Below, one piece after another: positions 7,239 to 15,239 of a DNA stretch of 32,498 bases. The stretch is from positions 1-32,498 of the forward strand of contig JBIIMU010000001.1 in assembly GCA_044337845.1 (NCBI GenBank), given 5' to 3'. The notes beneath the pieces were generated by a model. That model was not told the DNA's origin. It worked only from the letters and a program-made list of their open reading frames with translations, and searched no databases. Within the stretch, counting starts at the first letter, position 1. Every line of letters starts with the position of its first letter. This DNA comes from Pirellulales bacterium. GTDB lineage: Bacteria; Planctomycetota; Planctomycetia; Pirellulales; UBA1268. The translations under genes and the position numbers were made by a program.

Positions 7239-9797
7239 ATGCGGCCAACGTCCTGCCATCGCTGGTTCCTGGTGCCGTGCGCGCTCGCGGTGATGACCAC
7301 CGCTGCGCCGGCCCAGACTCGCCTGCTCGGCATCGACGTCTCGGCCTGGCAGGGAAACATCTCGCAGACCACCTGGAACAACATCCGGTCCGTCGAGAAC
7401 AGGCAGTTCGTGTTCGTGCGGTCCAGCCGCGGCGGGACGACCGGGGTCGACAAACGGAACGGCGGCTACCCCGCCAACGACGACACCGAGTTCACGCTCT
7501 CGCAGCGGTACGACGATCCCTACTTCGTCCAGAACGTGAACCGGGCGACGGCCGCCGGAATGTTCGTCGGCTCGTACCACTTCTCACGGCCGGAGATCAT
7601 CACCACCACCTCCAACTCCGGCGGCATCGCCAACTCGGCGGTCGACGAGGCCGACCATTACATCCAGATGGCCGGCGCCTTCATGCGGCCGGGCTACCTG
7701 CCCCCGACGTTCGATCTCGAGACGGGCGACGGGATCCGCACCGACAACGAGCTCGCGCAGTATTCCATCGACTTCTCGAACCGCATCCACGAGGTGATGC
7801 GGATCCGGCCGATGATCTACATCAACGGCAACTACGCGCACAACGTGCTCGCCGGGGCCACCGTCGCGCGGCGCGACCAGCTCGCCAAGCCCGCGGCCGT
7901 CGCCCCGAGCCTGGCCGGCCCGGCCTATGCCCAGCTCTGGACCGCCCGCTATCCGAACCAGGCCAACCCCGATGCGATCAACGTGCAGACGGGCAACCCG
8001 AACGACGGCCTGTCGACGGTGTACGGCCCCTGGGACGACTACGGCGACACGCAGCCCTGGACGTTCTGGCAGTATGCCAGTACCGGCCGGCTCACGAGTT
8101 TCAATAGCGGCGGCAGCAACCTCGACTTCAACGTCGCCAACGGGGGTGTCGAGTTCCTCAAGGACCAGCTCGTGCCGGCGGTGTGGTGGACCGACGCGAG
8201 CGGCGACTGGGGCACGCTGGCCAACTGGAACAGCGGCCAGGCGGCCCTCGTGCCGGTGAGGGCGACCGGCCAACTCGCCCCCATCGGCACGCAGACCCTG
8301 CCGACGCCGCGGCTCCCCGGCGTCTCGGGCACCGCCCCGACCTCCGGGATCAACGACACCGTGATCCTCGACCGCCCCGCGGCCGACGTCACCGTCACGC
8401 TGAGCAGCGGCACCTATGCGATCCGCAAGCTCTTCCTCCGGGAGGCGTTCGCCATGACGGGCGGCTCCCTGACGGTCAACTACGTGCCCGTCGCGGAGTC
8501 GACGCCCACGTCGATCCAGGTCTCGTCGTCGGCTTCGATCTCGGGCGGGGCCAGCCTCGCGGCCCACACGATCCACGTCGATGCGTCGCGACGGCTCACG
8601 GCCGGCACCGCCGGCCTGACCTTCGACACGCTCACGCTCGCCCGCGGCACCACCCCCGCGACGCTCGCGCTCACCGGCGACGTCACGATCACGGGTACCG
8701 CCGGCCGCACGGCCACGATCGGCACGAACTCCGGCACGGCTGCCAGCGGCCTCATCGATCTCGCCGGTGGAACCCGCACCATCACCGTGACCAACGGCAC
8801 TGCCGCGATCGACCTGCAGATCTCCGTGCCGATCGTCAACGGCGGGCTGGTCAAGGCCGGGGCGGGCACCATGCTCCTCGGCGGCGTGTTCAGCGGCTCG
8901 ACGACGATCCGGGCCGGCACGCTGATCCTCGGCACGAACGCCACGCTCGCGCCGTCGTCCGCGGTCAGGATCGATGCCGGGGCCACGCTCGACGTCACCC
9001 AGAAGCCGGGCGGGCACGCGATCGCCGCCGGCGAGACGGTGAGCGGCTCCGGGAGCCTCCGCGGGGCCGTCACGCTCTCCGGCGGCATGCTCGGCCTGTC
9101 GTCGCTGGCCATCAACCCGGCGTCGGGGCTCAACCGGCTCACCATGACCAGCGGCGTGATCACCGGAGCGCCGGCCGTGAGCGTCACCGGTGGAGGCGCC
9201 TGGATCCTGCCCGCGGACGCCCCGGCGAGCGTCGACATCCGCAGCCTGCAGGTGAACTCGGCCGCCGGCGGCGGCACGATCGACGTGGGCACGAGCCTGG
9301 TGAACGTGGCGGCCGGCGGCGTCGCGTCGGCGGACCTGGTGGCCGCCCTGACCGCGGGGCTGAGCGGCGGCACCTGGACCGGGTCCGCGGGCATCGTGTC
9401 GAGCCGCGTGGCGACCGACGTGTCGCTGGGGCTCTCCCGGGCGGTCGGCTGGTTCGACGCCGGCGACGGCTCGATGACGTTCGGCTATGCGGCGCCGGGC
9501 GACACGAACCTCGACTGGTCGATCGACATCATGGACATCGCCGCGTTTCTCTCGGGGGGCAAGTACGAGTCGGGCCTGCCGGGGATCTGGGCCGAGGGGG
9601 ATTTCAACTACGACGGCTTCGTCGACGTGCTCGACGCCACCGACTTCATGTCCACCGGCCTGTTCGATGCCGGGGTCTACAACGCCCCGGCGCGAACGAT
9701 CGCCGCCGTGCCGGAGCCGGCGGGCGTCGCCGCCGCGGGGCTCGCGGCCGCGGCCCTCGGTCTGGCCCGCCTGAGACGCGTGCGGCGGCCGCGGTGA
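7239..9797 (+). CDS. GH25 muramidase-like domain / autotransporter-type beta-strand repeat / dockerin-like / PEP-CTERM surface protein
   Basis: 852-aa ORF with signal peptide MRPTSCHRWFLVPCALAVMTTAAPAQT. GH25 blocks are GIDVSAWQGNI, FVFVRSS, AAGMFVGSYHF and PPTFDLETGDG. The beta-strand repeat is KAGAGTMLLGGVFSGSTTIRAGTLILG. The EF-hand pair is GDTNLDWSIDIMD and GDFNYDGFVDVLD. The C-terminus VPEPAGVAAAGLAAAALGLARLRRVRRPR is a PEP-CTERM signal. Confidence 0.9.
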   Translation: MRPTSCHRWFLVPCALAVMTTAAPAQTRLLGIDVSAWQGNISQTTWNNIRSVENRQFVFVRSSRGGTTGVDKRNGGYPANDDTEFTLSQRYDDPYFVQNVNRATAAGMFVGSYHFSRPEIITTTSNSGGIANSAVDEADHYIQMAGAFMRPGYLPPTFDLETGDGIRTDNELAQYSIDFSNRIHEVMRIRPMIYINGNYAHNVLAGATVARRDQLAKPAAVAPSLAGPAYAQLWTARYPNQANPDAINVQTGNPNDGLSTVYGPWDDYGDTQPWTFWQYASTGRLTSFNSGGSNLDFNVANGGVEFLKDQLVPAVWWTDASGDWGTLANWNSGQAALVPVRATGQLAPIGTQTLPTPRLPGVSGTAPTSGINDTVILDRPAADVTVTLSSGTYAIRKLFLREAFAMTGGSLTVNYVPVAESTPTSIQVSSSASISGGASLAAHTIHVDASRRLTAGTAGLTFDTLTLARGTTPATLALTGDVTITGTAGRTATIGTNSGTAASGLIDLAGGTRTITVTNGTAAIDLQISVPIVNGGLVKAGAGTMLLGGVFSGSTTIRAGTLILGTNATLAPSSAVRIDAGATLDVTQKPGGHAIAAGETVSGSGSLRGAVTLSGGMLGLSSLAINPASGLNRLTMTSGVITGAPAVSVTGGGAWILPADAPASVDIRSLQVNSAAGGGTIDVGTSLVNVAAGGVASADLVAALTAGLSGGTWTGSAGIVSSRVATDVSLGLSRAVGWFDAGDGSMTFGYAAPGDTNLDWSIDIMDIAAFLSGGKYESGLPGIWAEGDFNYDGFVDVLDATDFMSTGLFDAGVYNAPARTIAAVPEPAGVAAAGLAAAALGLARLRRVRRPR

Positions 9798-9805
9798 AGT
9801 CGGCT

Positions 9806-9846
9806 GGTCGCGGCCGCGGCCTTCGGGGCACAATCGTGCCGCGACC
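9806..9846 (+). terminator. possible hairpin downstream of the GH25/PEP-CTERM gene
   Basis: A perfect 9-bp stem pairs ggtcgcggc (9806-9814) with gccgcgacc (9838-9846). The loop is large at 23 nt and there is no U-tract, so this is a weak candidate. Confidence 0.25.
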
Positions 9847-9873
9847 CCGGGCGACGGGCAGGAGGCTTCCCGC

Positions 9874-12537
9874 ATGGCATGGCGATTCGACCGGATCTTC
9901 TGGGGGCTCGTGCGACCGCTCATCCACCTGCGGTACCGCGTCACCACCGACGGCATGGAGGCGGTCCGCGGGCTCCGCGGCCCCACGCTCGTCCTCCCCA
10001 ACCATCCCGCCTACGTCGATCCGCCCACGGTGCTCTCGCACGTGCCGCTGCCCGCGGCCCTGCGGCCGCTCGTCTATTCGGGCACCTATCGCCTGCTGCC
10101 GCTGCTGCCGCTGATGAAGCTCGTGCGCGCCTTCGAGGTGCCCGACCTCTCCGCCCACAGCCGCGACGCCGCCACCCGCACGAAAGACCTGATCGATGCC
10201 GTCGCCGCGCGGCTCCAGGCCGGCGAGAGTTTTCTGATCTACCCGTCGGGCCGCCTCCAGCGGGGCGATCGTGAGATCGTGGGCTCCGCCCGCGTGGTGC
10301 ACGAGCTGCTCACCCGCTGTCCCGAGGTCAACGTGGTGCTCGTCCGCACCCGCGGCCTGTGGGGCAGCATGTTCAGCTGTGCCCGCCGCGGCGTGCTCCC
10401 CGATCTCGGCCGCGCCGCCCTGGCCGCCGCCGGCTGGCTGTTCGCAAGCCTCGTGTTCTTCCTGCCGCGTCGGCCCGTCCACCTCCATGCGGAGGTCGTG
10501 CCCCGCGACCGGCTGCCGCTCGGATCGCGGGAGGCCTTCAACGCGTTCCTGGAGTCGTGGTACGACGCCGACGGCGGCCAGGAGCCGCTGTTCGTCCGCT
10601 ACAACGCCTTCTTCGGGCCTGCGGAGGGGCACTACGAGGCGGCCGCGTCGGCCGACGCGGTCGATCCCGCCACGATCTCGCCCAAGACGATCCGGCTCGT
10701 CAACGACCTGCTGGCCTCGCACCTCAAGCGGGAGCTGGAGCCCGACGAACTCCGCCCCGACATCCGCTTCGACGCGATCGGACTCGACAGCCTCGACCGC
10801 ATGGAGCTGGCGCTCACGATCGAGCAGCAGTTCGGCTTCCGCAGCGACACGATCGTCGACACCCTCGGCGGCCTCTGGGCCCTGGCCGATGGCAAGCTCC
10901 CGGCGTCGGCGGCCGGCCGCACGCCCGCCGCCGCGCCGCCCGCCTGGTCGCGGCCGGCCCGCTCCGCCGACCGCTCCGTGCTCGCCGACACGGTGGCCGA
11001 GGCCTTCGTGCGCCGCGTGCTGGCCGACCCCGATGCGGTGGCGGTGGCCGACGGCGTGTCGGGCGTGCTCTCGCAGCGGAAGCTGCTCGTGGGGGCCACG
11101 CTGATGGCCCGGCGGTTCGCCGCCTATCCGGAGGAGCACGTGGGCGTGATGCTCCCCGCGGCCGCGGCGGCCGACGTCGTGTTCTACGCGCTCCACCTCG
11201 CCGGCAAGGTGCCGGTGATGATGAACTGGACCACCGGCCCGGCGAACCTCGCGCACGGGATCGCCGTCACCGAGACGAAGCGGATCCTGACGTCCAAGAA
11301 GCTCGTGGACCGGCTGGGGATCACGGTGGCCGGCGCGGAGTACGTGTTTCTCGAAGACGTCAAGCGGGGCATCGGCAAGCTCGAGGCCCTGCGCACGCTG
11401 CTGGCCACGAAGCTCGCGCCGGGGCGGTTTCTCCGGCGGCTCCCGCCGCAGCGGCCCGACGATCCGGCGGTCTATCTCTTCACGTCGGGCTCGGAGAGCT
11501 CCCCCAAGACGGTGCCGCTCACGCACGACAACCTGCTCGCCAACGTGGCCGCCAGCCTGGAGGTGCTGCGGCCCGGTCCGCACGACTCGCTGCTCGGCTT
11601 CCTGCCGCCGTTCCACAGCTTCGGGCTCACGGGCAACGTGATCCTGCCGGTGGTGGCGGGCATCCGTTCGGTGCGGCATGCCGATCCGACCGACGCCCGC
11701 GGGCTCGTGCGCCTCATCGAGGCCTACCGGCCCACGATGCTCTTCACCACGCCGACGTTCCTCGGCTACATCCTCGCCGCCTGTTCGGGCGACGAGCTCA
11801 CGAGCCTGCGGCGGATCATCACCGGCGCCGAGCGGTGCCCCGAGGCCACCTTCGCCGCCTGCCGGCGGCTCGCCCCCGAGGCCGTGATCCTCGAGGGCTA
11901 CGGGATCACGGAGTGCTCCCCGGTGGTGGCGGCCAACCGGCTCGACCTGGTGAAGTCCGGCTCGATCGGCGCACCGGTGAGCCACGTCGACGCGCTCGTC
12001 GTCCATCCCGACACGCACGAGCCGGTGGCCGAGGGCACGACGGGCATGCTGCTGGTGAGGGGCCGGTCGATCTTCAAGGGCTACCTGCGGCACGACGGGC
12101 CCTCGCCGTTCGTCGAGGCGGCGGGCCGCACGTGGTATCGCACCGGCGACCTCGTCTCGGCCGACGCCGACGGCTACCTCACGTTTCGGGGCCGGCTCAA
12201 GCGGTTTCTCAAGGCGGGGGGCGAGATGATCTCGCTGCCGGCGCTCGAGGAGCCGTTTCAGAAGCGGTATCCGCCGGGCGACGACGGCCCGCGGGTGGCC
12301 GTGGAGGGGATCGAGACGACCGACGGCCGGCACGTGGTGCTGTTCACCACGTTCGACCTCACGCTCCGCGAGGCCGCGGAGATCCTGCTCGCCGACGGCC
12401 TGCGGGGCGTGATGCGGCTCGACGAGGTGCAGCGGATCGACAGGATCCCGGTGCTCGGCACCGGCAAGACCGACTACACCACCCTCCGCCGGATGGTCAC
12501 GGACGCCTCCGCCGCCGAGTCGGCCAGCTCCGCGTGA
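9874..12537 (+). CDS. tri-domain lysophospholipid acyltransferase (PlsC-like) / acyl carrier protein / AMP-dependent acyl ligase (Aas-like)
   Basis: 887-aa ORF with GGAGG 8 nt upstream of the ATG. The acyltransferase HX4D motif is PNHPAYVDPP. The phosphopantetheine site is FDAIGLDSLDRMELALTIEQQFG. AMP-binding motifs are YLFTSGSESSPKTVPLTH, GYGITECSP, YRTGDL and GRLKRFLKAGGEMISL. Confidence 0.9.
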   Translation: MAWRFDRIFWGLVRPLIHLRYRVTTDGMEAVRGLRGPTLVLPNHPAYVDPPTVLSHVPLPAALRPLVYSGTYRLLPLLPLMKLVRAFEVPDLSAHSRDAATRTKDLIDAVAARLQAGESFLIYPSGRLQRGDREIVGSARVVHELLTRCPEVNVVLVRTRGLWGSMFSCARRGVLPDLGRAALAAAGWLFASLVFFLPRRPVHLHAEVVPRDRLPLGSREAFNAFLESWYDADGGQEPLFVRYNAFFGPAEGHYEAAASADAVDPATISPKTIRLVNDLLASHLKRELEPDELRPDIRFDAIGLDSLDRMELALTIEQQFGFRSDTIVDTLGGLWALADGKLPASAAGRTPAAAPPAWSRPARSADRSVLADTVAEAFVRRVLADPDAVAVADGVSGVLSQRKLLVGATLMARRFAAYPEEHVGVMLPAAAAADVVFYALHLAGKVPVMMNWTTGPANLAHGIAVTETKRILTSKKLVDRLGITVAGAEYVFLEDVKRGIGKLEALRTLLATKLAPGRFLRRLPPQRPDDPAVYLFTSGSESSPKTVPLTHDNLLANVAASLEVLRPGPHDSLLGFLPPFHSFGLTGNVILPVVAGIRSVRHADPTDARGLVRLIEAYRPTMLFTTPTFLGYILAACSGDELTSLRRIITGAERCPEATFAACRRLAPEAVILEGYGITECSPVVAANRLDLVKSGSIGAPVSHVDALVVHPDTHEPVAEGTTGMLLVRGRSIFKGYLRHDGPSPFVEAAGRTWYRTGDLVSADADGYLTFRGRLKRFLKAGGEMISLPALEEPFQKRYPPGDDGPRVAVEGIETTDGRHVVLFTTFDLTLREAAEILLADGLRGVMRLDEVQRIDRIPVLGTGKTDYTTLRRMVTDASAAESASSA

Positions 12538-12561
12538 GGCGTTGATCGGCGTGGGGCCGCC

Positions 12562-12664
12562 GCACGGCTCACGCCGCAACGCTTCCGGAGGGCATCAGGA
12601 AGCCGCCATCGCGTGAGCGATGCGGACTGCGGGACGGTCGTACGGCTCACGCCGTTACGCTTCC
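12562..12664. repeat. REP-like two-hairpin intergenic repeat, locus B
   Basis: A block-2 variant cacggctcacgccgcaacgcttcc lies at 12562-12585. Block 1 tcaggaagccgccatcgcgtgagcgatgcggactgcggg lies at 12595-12633. Block 2 acggtcgtacggctcacgccgttacgcttcc lies at 12634-12664. The locus fills the gap between convergent stops at 12537 and 12688. Confidence 0.9.
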
Positions 12665-12687
12665 AGACTCGTACGGCGAGGTGCGAC

Positions 12688-15123
12688 TCAGGCGACGGGC
12701 AGGCCGTTGAAGACCTTGCTCGTCATCTGCACGGTGGCCGCTCCGGCGGCGTTGAACGAGAACGACACGCTCCCTCCGGCGGGGATCGCCGCCGTCCAGG
12801 TGGCGTGCTTGAGGCGATACCGCGTGCCGGACGCCGAGACGATCTCCGCGCCCCAGAGATTGCCGGCGGTGAGCGTCGCGGCCAGGTCGAACTCCAGCGT
12901 CCATCCCGAGATCGGCGTGGTGCCGCGATTGCGGATCGTGACCGAGCCCGAGACGTTTCCGGGCCAGCTGTTGGTGACCGCGAAGACCACCTCATGCGGC
13001 GAGGTCACGGGGGGCGGCGTCGGCGGCTTGGGCGGATCGCGGTACGAGCCGCCGTTGAAGATCTGCGTCGCCAGCATGGCGGCGATGTCGAGGGTGTCGA
13101 CGATGCCGTCGTAGTTGAAGTCGCCCTCTTCCCAGGTGGCGGTCTCCGTCGTCCCGTAACGGCCGCCCGCCAGCACGTTGGCGATGTCGATCGCGTCGAC
13201 GAATCCGTCGAGATCGGTGTCGCCCACGGCCGCCCAGCCCACGGTGATGTCCGCGGCGACGCCCGCCGCGCCCACTGCCAGCACGCCGGCAGTCCCCACC
13301 GCCGTCGAGCCGATCCCCGTGGCCCCGTCCCAGCCACCTCCGTTGCTTGCCTGCGTGAGCCGTTCCTGGAGCGTGGCCTGATCGAAGCCGCCGGCGGGCA
13401 CCGAGATCCGTCCCGTGCCGACATCGATACGGCTGCCCGCATCGAGCACCAGCTGCGCCACTGTCACGGCGTCGTAGCCGAGATCGAGCGTGACACGGGC
13501 ACCGCCGCGGACCTGCAGGCCGCCGCTGCCGAGTGCCCCGACATGGCGGACGACCACCTCGCCCTCCTCCACCACGGTGCCGCCGGAAAACGTGCTGGCC
13601 GCCGTGAGCACGAGCGTGCCCGCCCCCCGCTTGATCAGCGGCGTGGTGCCCGTGCGGCCCGTGGCGTCGGTCTGGGTGGTACCAGCGGCGACGGTCACCA
13701 CTCCCGACGGTGCCGCCGGCACGAGGGCCGGATTCTCGTCCCTGGTGATCACCGCCGCGGACGTGTAGACCCGCTGCACCTTCTCCGTGGTCTCGATCGA
13801 CGGTCCTAAGGTACCGTTCCAGGAGCAGAAGTAGGCCCACGACACACCGACCTGCCGCATGCCGTCGATGTCGGGCACGCCGCCGAACTCCGTGAGGGCG
13901 ATCGGCTTCTTCCCGTCGAAGCGGGCAAGCAGCGGGCTCCACCGCGAGGAGAGCGTGTCGGAGCGGTCGCTCGGATAGGCATCCACGCCCACGACGTCCA
14001 CCACGTCGTCGCCCGGATACCAGGCCGGATCCTCGCTGGTGAGCACCCAGACGAGGTTGTCGATGCCGTGGTGATTGGTGAGCCGATCGTAGGTCAGCCG
14101 CCAGAGTTGCTTGAACGGCTCCGGTCCCTTCGCTCCCCACCAGAACCAGCCGCCTTCCGACTCGTGCAGCGGACGCCAGAGCACCGGCACGTCGGCGGCC
14201 GCGAACTTCTTCAGCTGCACGGCGATCGCGTCGATGTCGCGGATCAGCGCCTGGTAGTCGCTGCCCGTGGGATTGGCCAGCGTGGTCGCAATGTCGAACG
14301 TCGTTCCCTGGGTGTAGAAGCCCCGCCACCACGGGTAGTCGGTGGAGTTCACGAGCTTGGTGGGGGCGTTCCAGTGCCAGGCCATCGACACGAGGTATCC
14401 CTGGTTTTTCGCCAGCGAGATGAAGTCCTCGGAAAGCGTGCGCGGGTTGGCGCCGTTGGCGATGCGGCTCGGCGAGTAGTCCATGAGGTCGCCCTCGACG
14501 ATCGCCGGCAGTTTGCCGCTCGCCGACTGGATCACGGAGAGATCGGACCGCTCGTTCTGGCCCGAGAGGGTCACCGAGCCATACCCTTGGGCGATGCGGC
14601 CGAGCAGGGCCTTGGCCAGCGGCGTGGCGTCGGCGTTCACCGGCACGGCCGGCACCGGCTTTGGAAGCACCGGAGTCTCCGACTGCAGCGTGACCGCATC
14701 GATGTCGTAGTAGTTCCAGCCGCCGCCGAGATGCAGCGTGTTCGACGCCTGCAGTGACACTAGGCCCGCGTCGTAGGTGGTGAACGCCGCCGACTGCTTG
14801 AAGGTGCCGGAGAGCGCCACGCCGTTGAGGCCGCCCTCGAAGCCCTTGTCGCCGAAGGGCGACCGGAAGCGAACCGTGAGCCGATAGGAACCCGGCGTGG
14901 CGGAGAACGACGTCCACGTGACGCGGTCTGCCGCCTGGTCGAAGCCCGTGACGTACCCGGAGCCCGTGTAGCCCGCGACGGACGTGCTCCGCGCCACGCC
15001 CGTCAGCGTGCCGTTCTCCGCCTCGAGCGTGACCGTGGCGAGAAGCTGGCGGCCTTCCAACCGCTCCACGGACAGGCCCGTGGAGCCGCCGCTGCGACGG
15101 CGCGACGATCGCGGGCGTGCCAT
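12688..15123 (-). CDS. secreted GH26 beta-mannanase with N-terminal CBM6/35-like, beta-strand repeat, dockerin-like pair and C-terminal CBM2
   Basis: ORF 12688..15882 trimmed to ATG 15123, which has GGAGGA 7 nt upstream (alternative ATG 15153). The GH26 signature is WRPLHESEGGWFWWG. The N-terminal part reads TLEAENGTLTG...GYTGSGYVTGF. Other modules are RGAGTLVLTAASTFSGGT, GDTDLDGFVDAIDIANVL...GDFNYDGIVDTLD, a PT linker, and a CBM2-like tail (VTNSWPGNVSGSVTIRNRGTTPISGWTLEF...). Confidence 0.9.
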   Translation of the reverse strand: MARPRSSRRRSGGSTGLSVERLEGRQLLATVTLEAENGTLTGVARSTSVAGYTGSGYVTGFDQAADRVTWTSFSATPGSYRLTVRFRSPFGDKGFEGGLNGVALSGTFKQSAAFTTYDAGLVSLQASNTLHLGGGWNYYDIDAVTLQSETPVLPKPVPAVPVNADATPLAKALLGRIAQGYGSVTLSGQNERSDLSVIQSASGKLPAIVEGDLMDYSPSRIANGANPRTLSEDFISLAKNQGYLVSMAWHWNAPTKLVNSTDYPWWRGFYTQGTTFDIATTLANPTGSDYQALIRDIDAIAVQLKKFAAADVPVLWRPLHESEGGWFWWGAKGPEPFKQLWRLTYDRLTNHHGIDNLVWVLTSEDPAWYPGDDVVDVVGVDAYPSDRSDTLSSRWSPLLARFDGKKPIALTEFGGVPDIDGMRQVGVSWAYFCSWNGTLGPSIETTEKVQRVYTSAAVITRDENPALVPAAPSGVVTVAAGTTQTDATGRTGTTPLIKRGAGTLVLTAASTFSGGTVVEEGEVVVRHVGALGSGGLQVRGGARVTLDLGYDAVTVAQLVLDAGSRIDVGTGRISVPAGGFDQATLQERLTQASNGGGWDGATGIGSTAVGTAGVLAVGAAGVAADITVGWAAVGDTDLDGFVDAIDIANVLAGGRYGTTETATWEEGDFNYDGIVDTLDIAAMLATQIFNGGSYRDPPKPPTPPPVTSPHEVVFAVTNSWPGNVSGSVTIRNRGTTPISGWTLEFDLAATLTAGNLWGAEIVSASGTRYRLKHATWTAAIPAGGSVSFSFNAAGAATVQMTSKVFNGLPVA

Positions 15124-15154
15124 TCCGCCGTCCTCCCGGCTGCCTGGACTCATA

Positions 15155-15175
15155 AAACTACTATAACGCCTGATT
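15155..15175 (-). promoter_or_regulatory. AT-rich candidate -10 region (TATAGT) for the GH26 gene
   Basis: The minus strand reads ggcgtTATAGTAGTTTTATgag, with TATAGT at 15165..15160, 37 nt upstream of ATG 15123. It is one of the few AT-rich islands in the window and resembles the AAAGTACTTT element. Confidence 0.3.
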
Positions 15176-15239
15176 TGCTCGGGGGCGATCCCGCCACGCT
15201 GTACGGGATCCAGCCGCCGCAGGTTCGTCCCGTCTGACC

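Noticed and set aside
7584-12579. Very long minus-strand ORFs (805 aa at 7584..10001 and 977 aa at 9646..12579) plus plus-strand alternative frames (8183..10114, 10359..12545)
   Set aside because: They are antisense or off-frame shadows of the GH25/PEP-CTERM and acyltransferase-ACP-ligase genes. The translations are extremely rich in R/G/D/P and carry no motifs.
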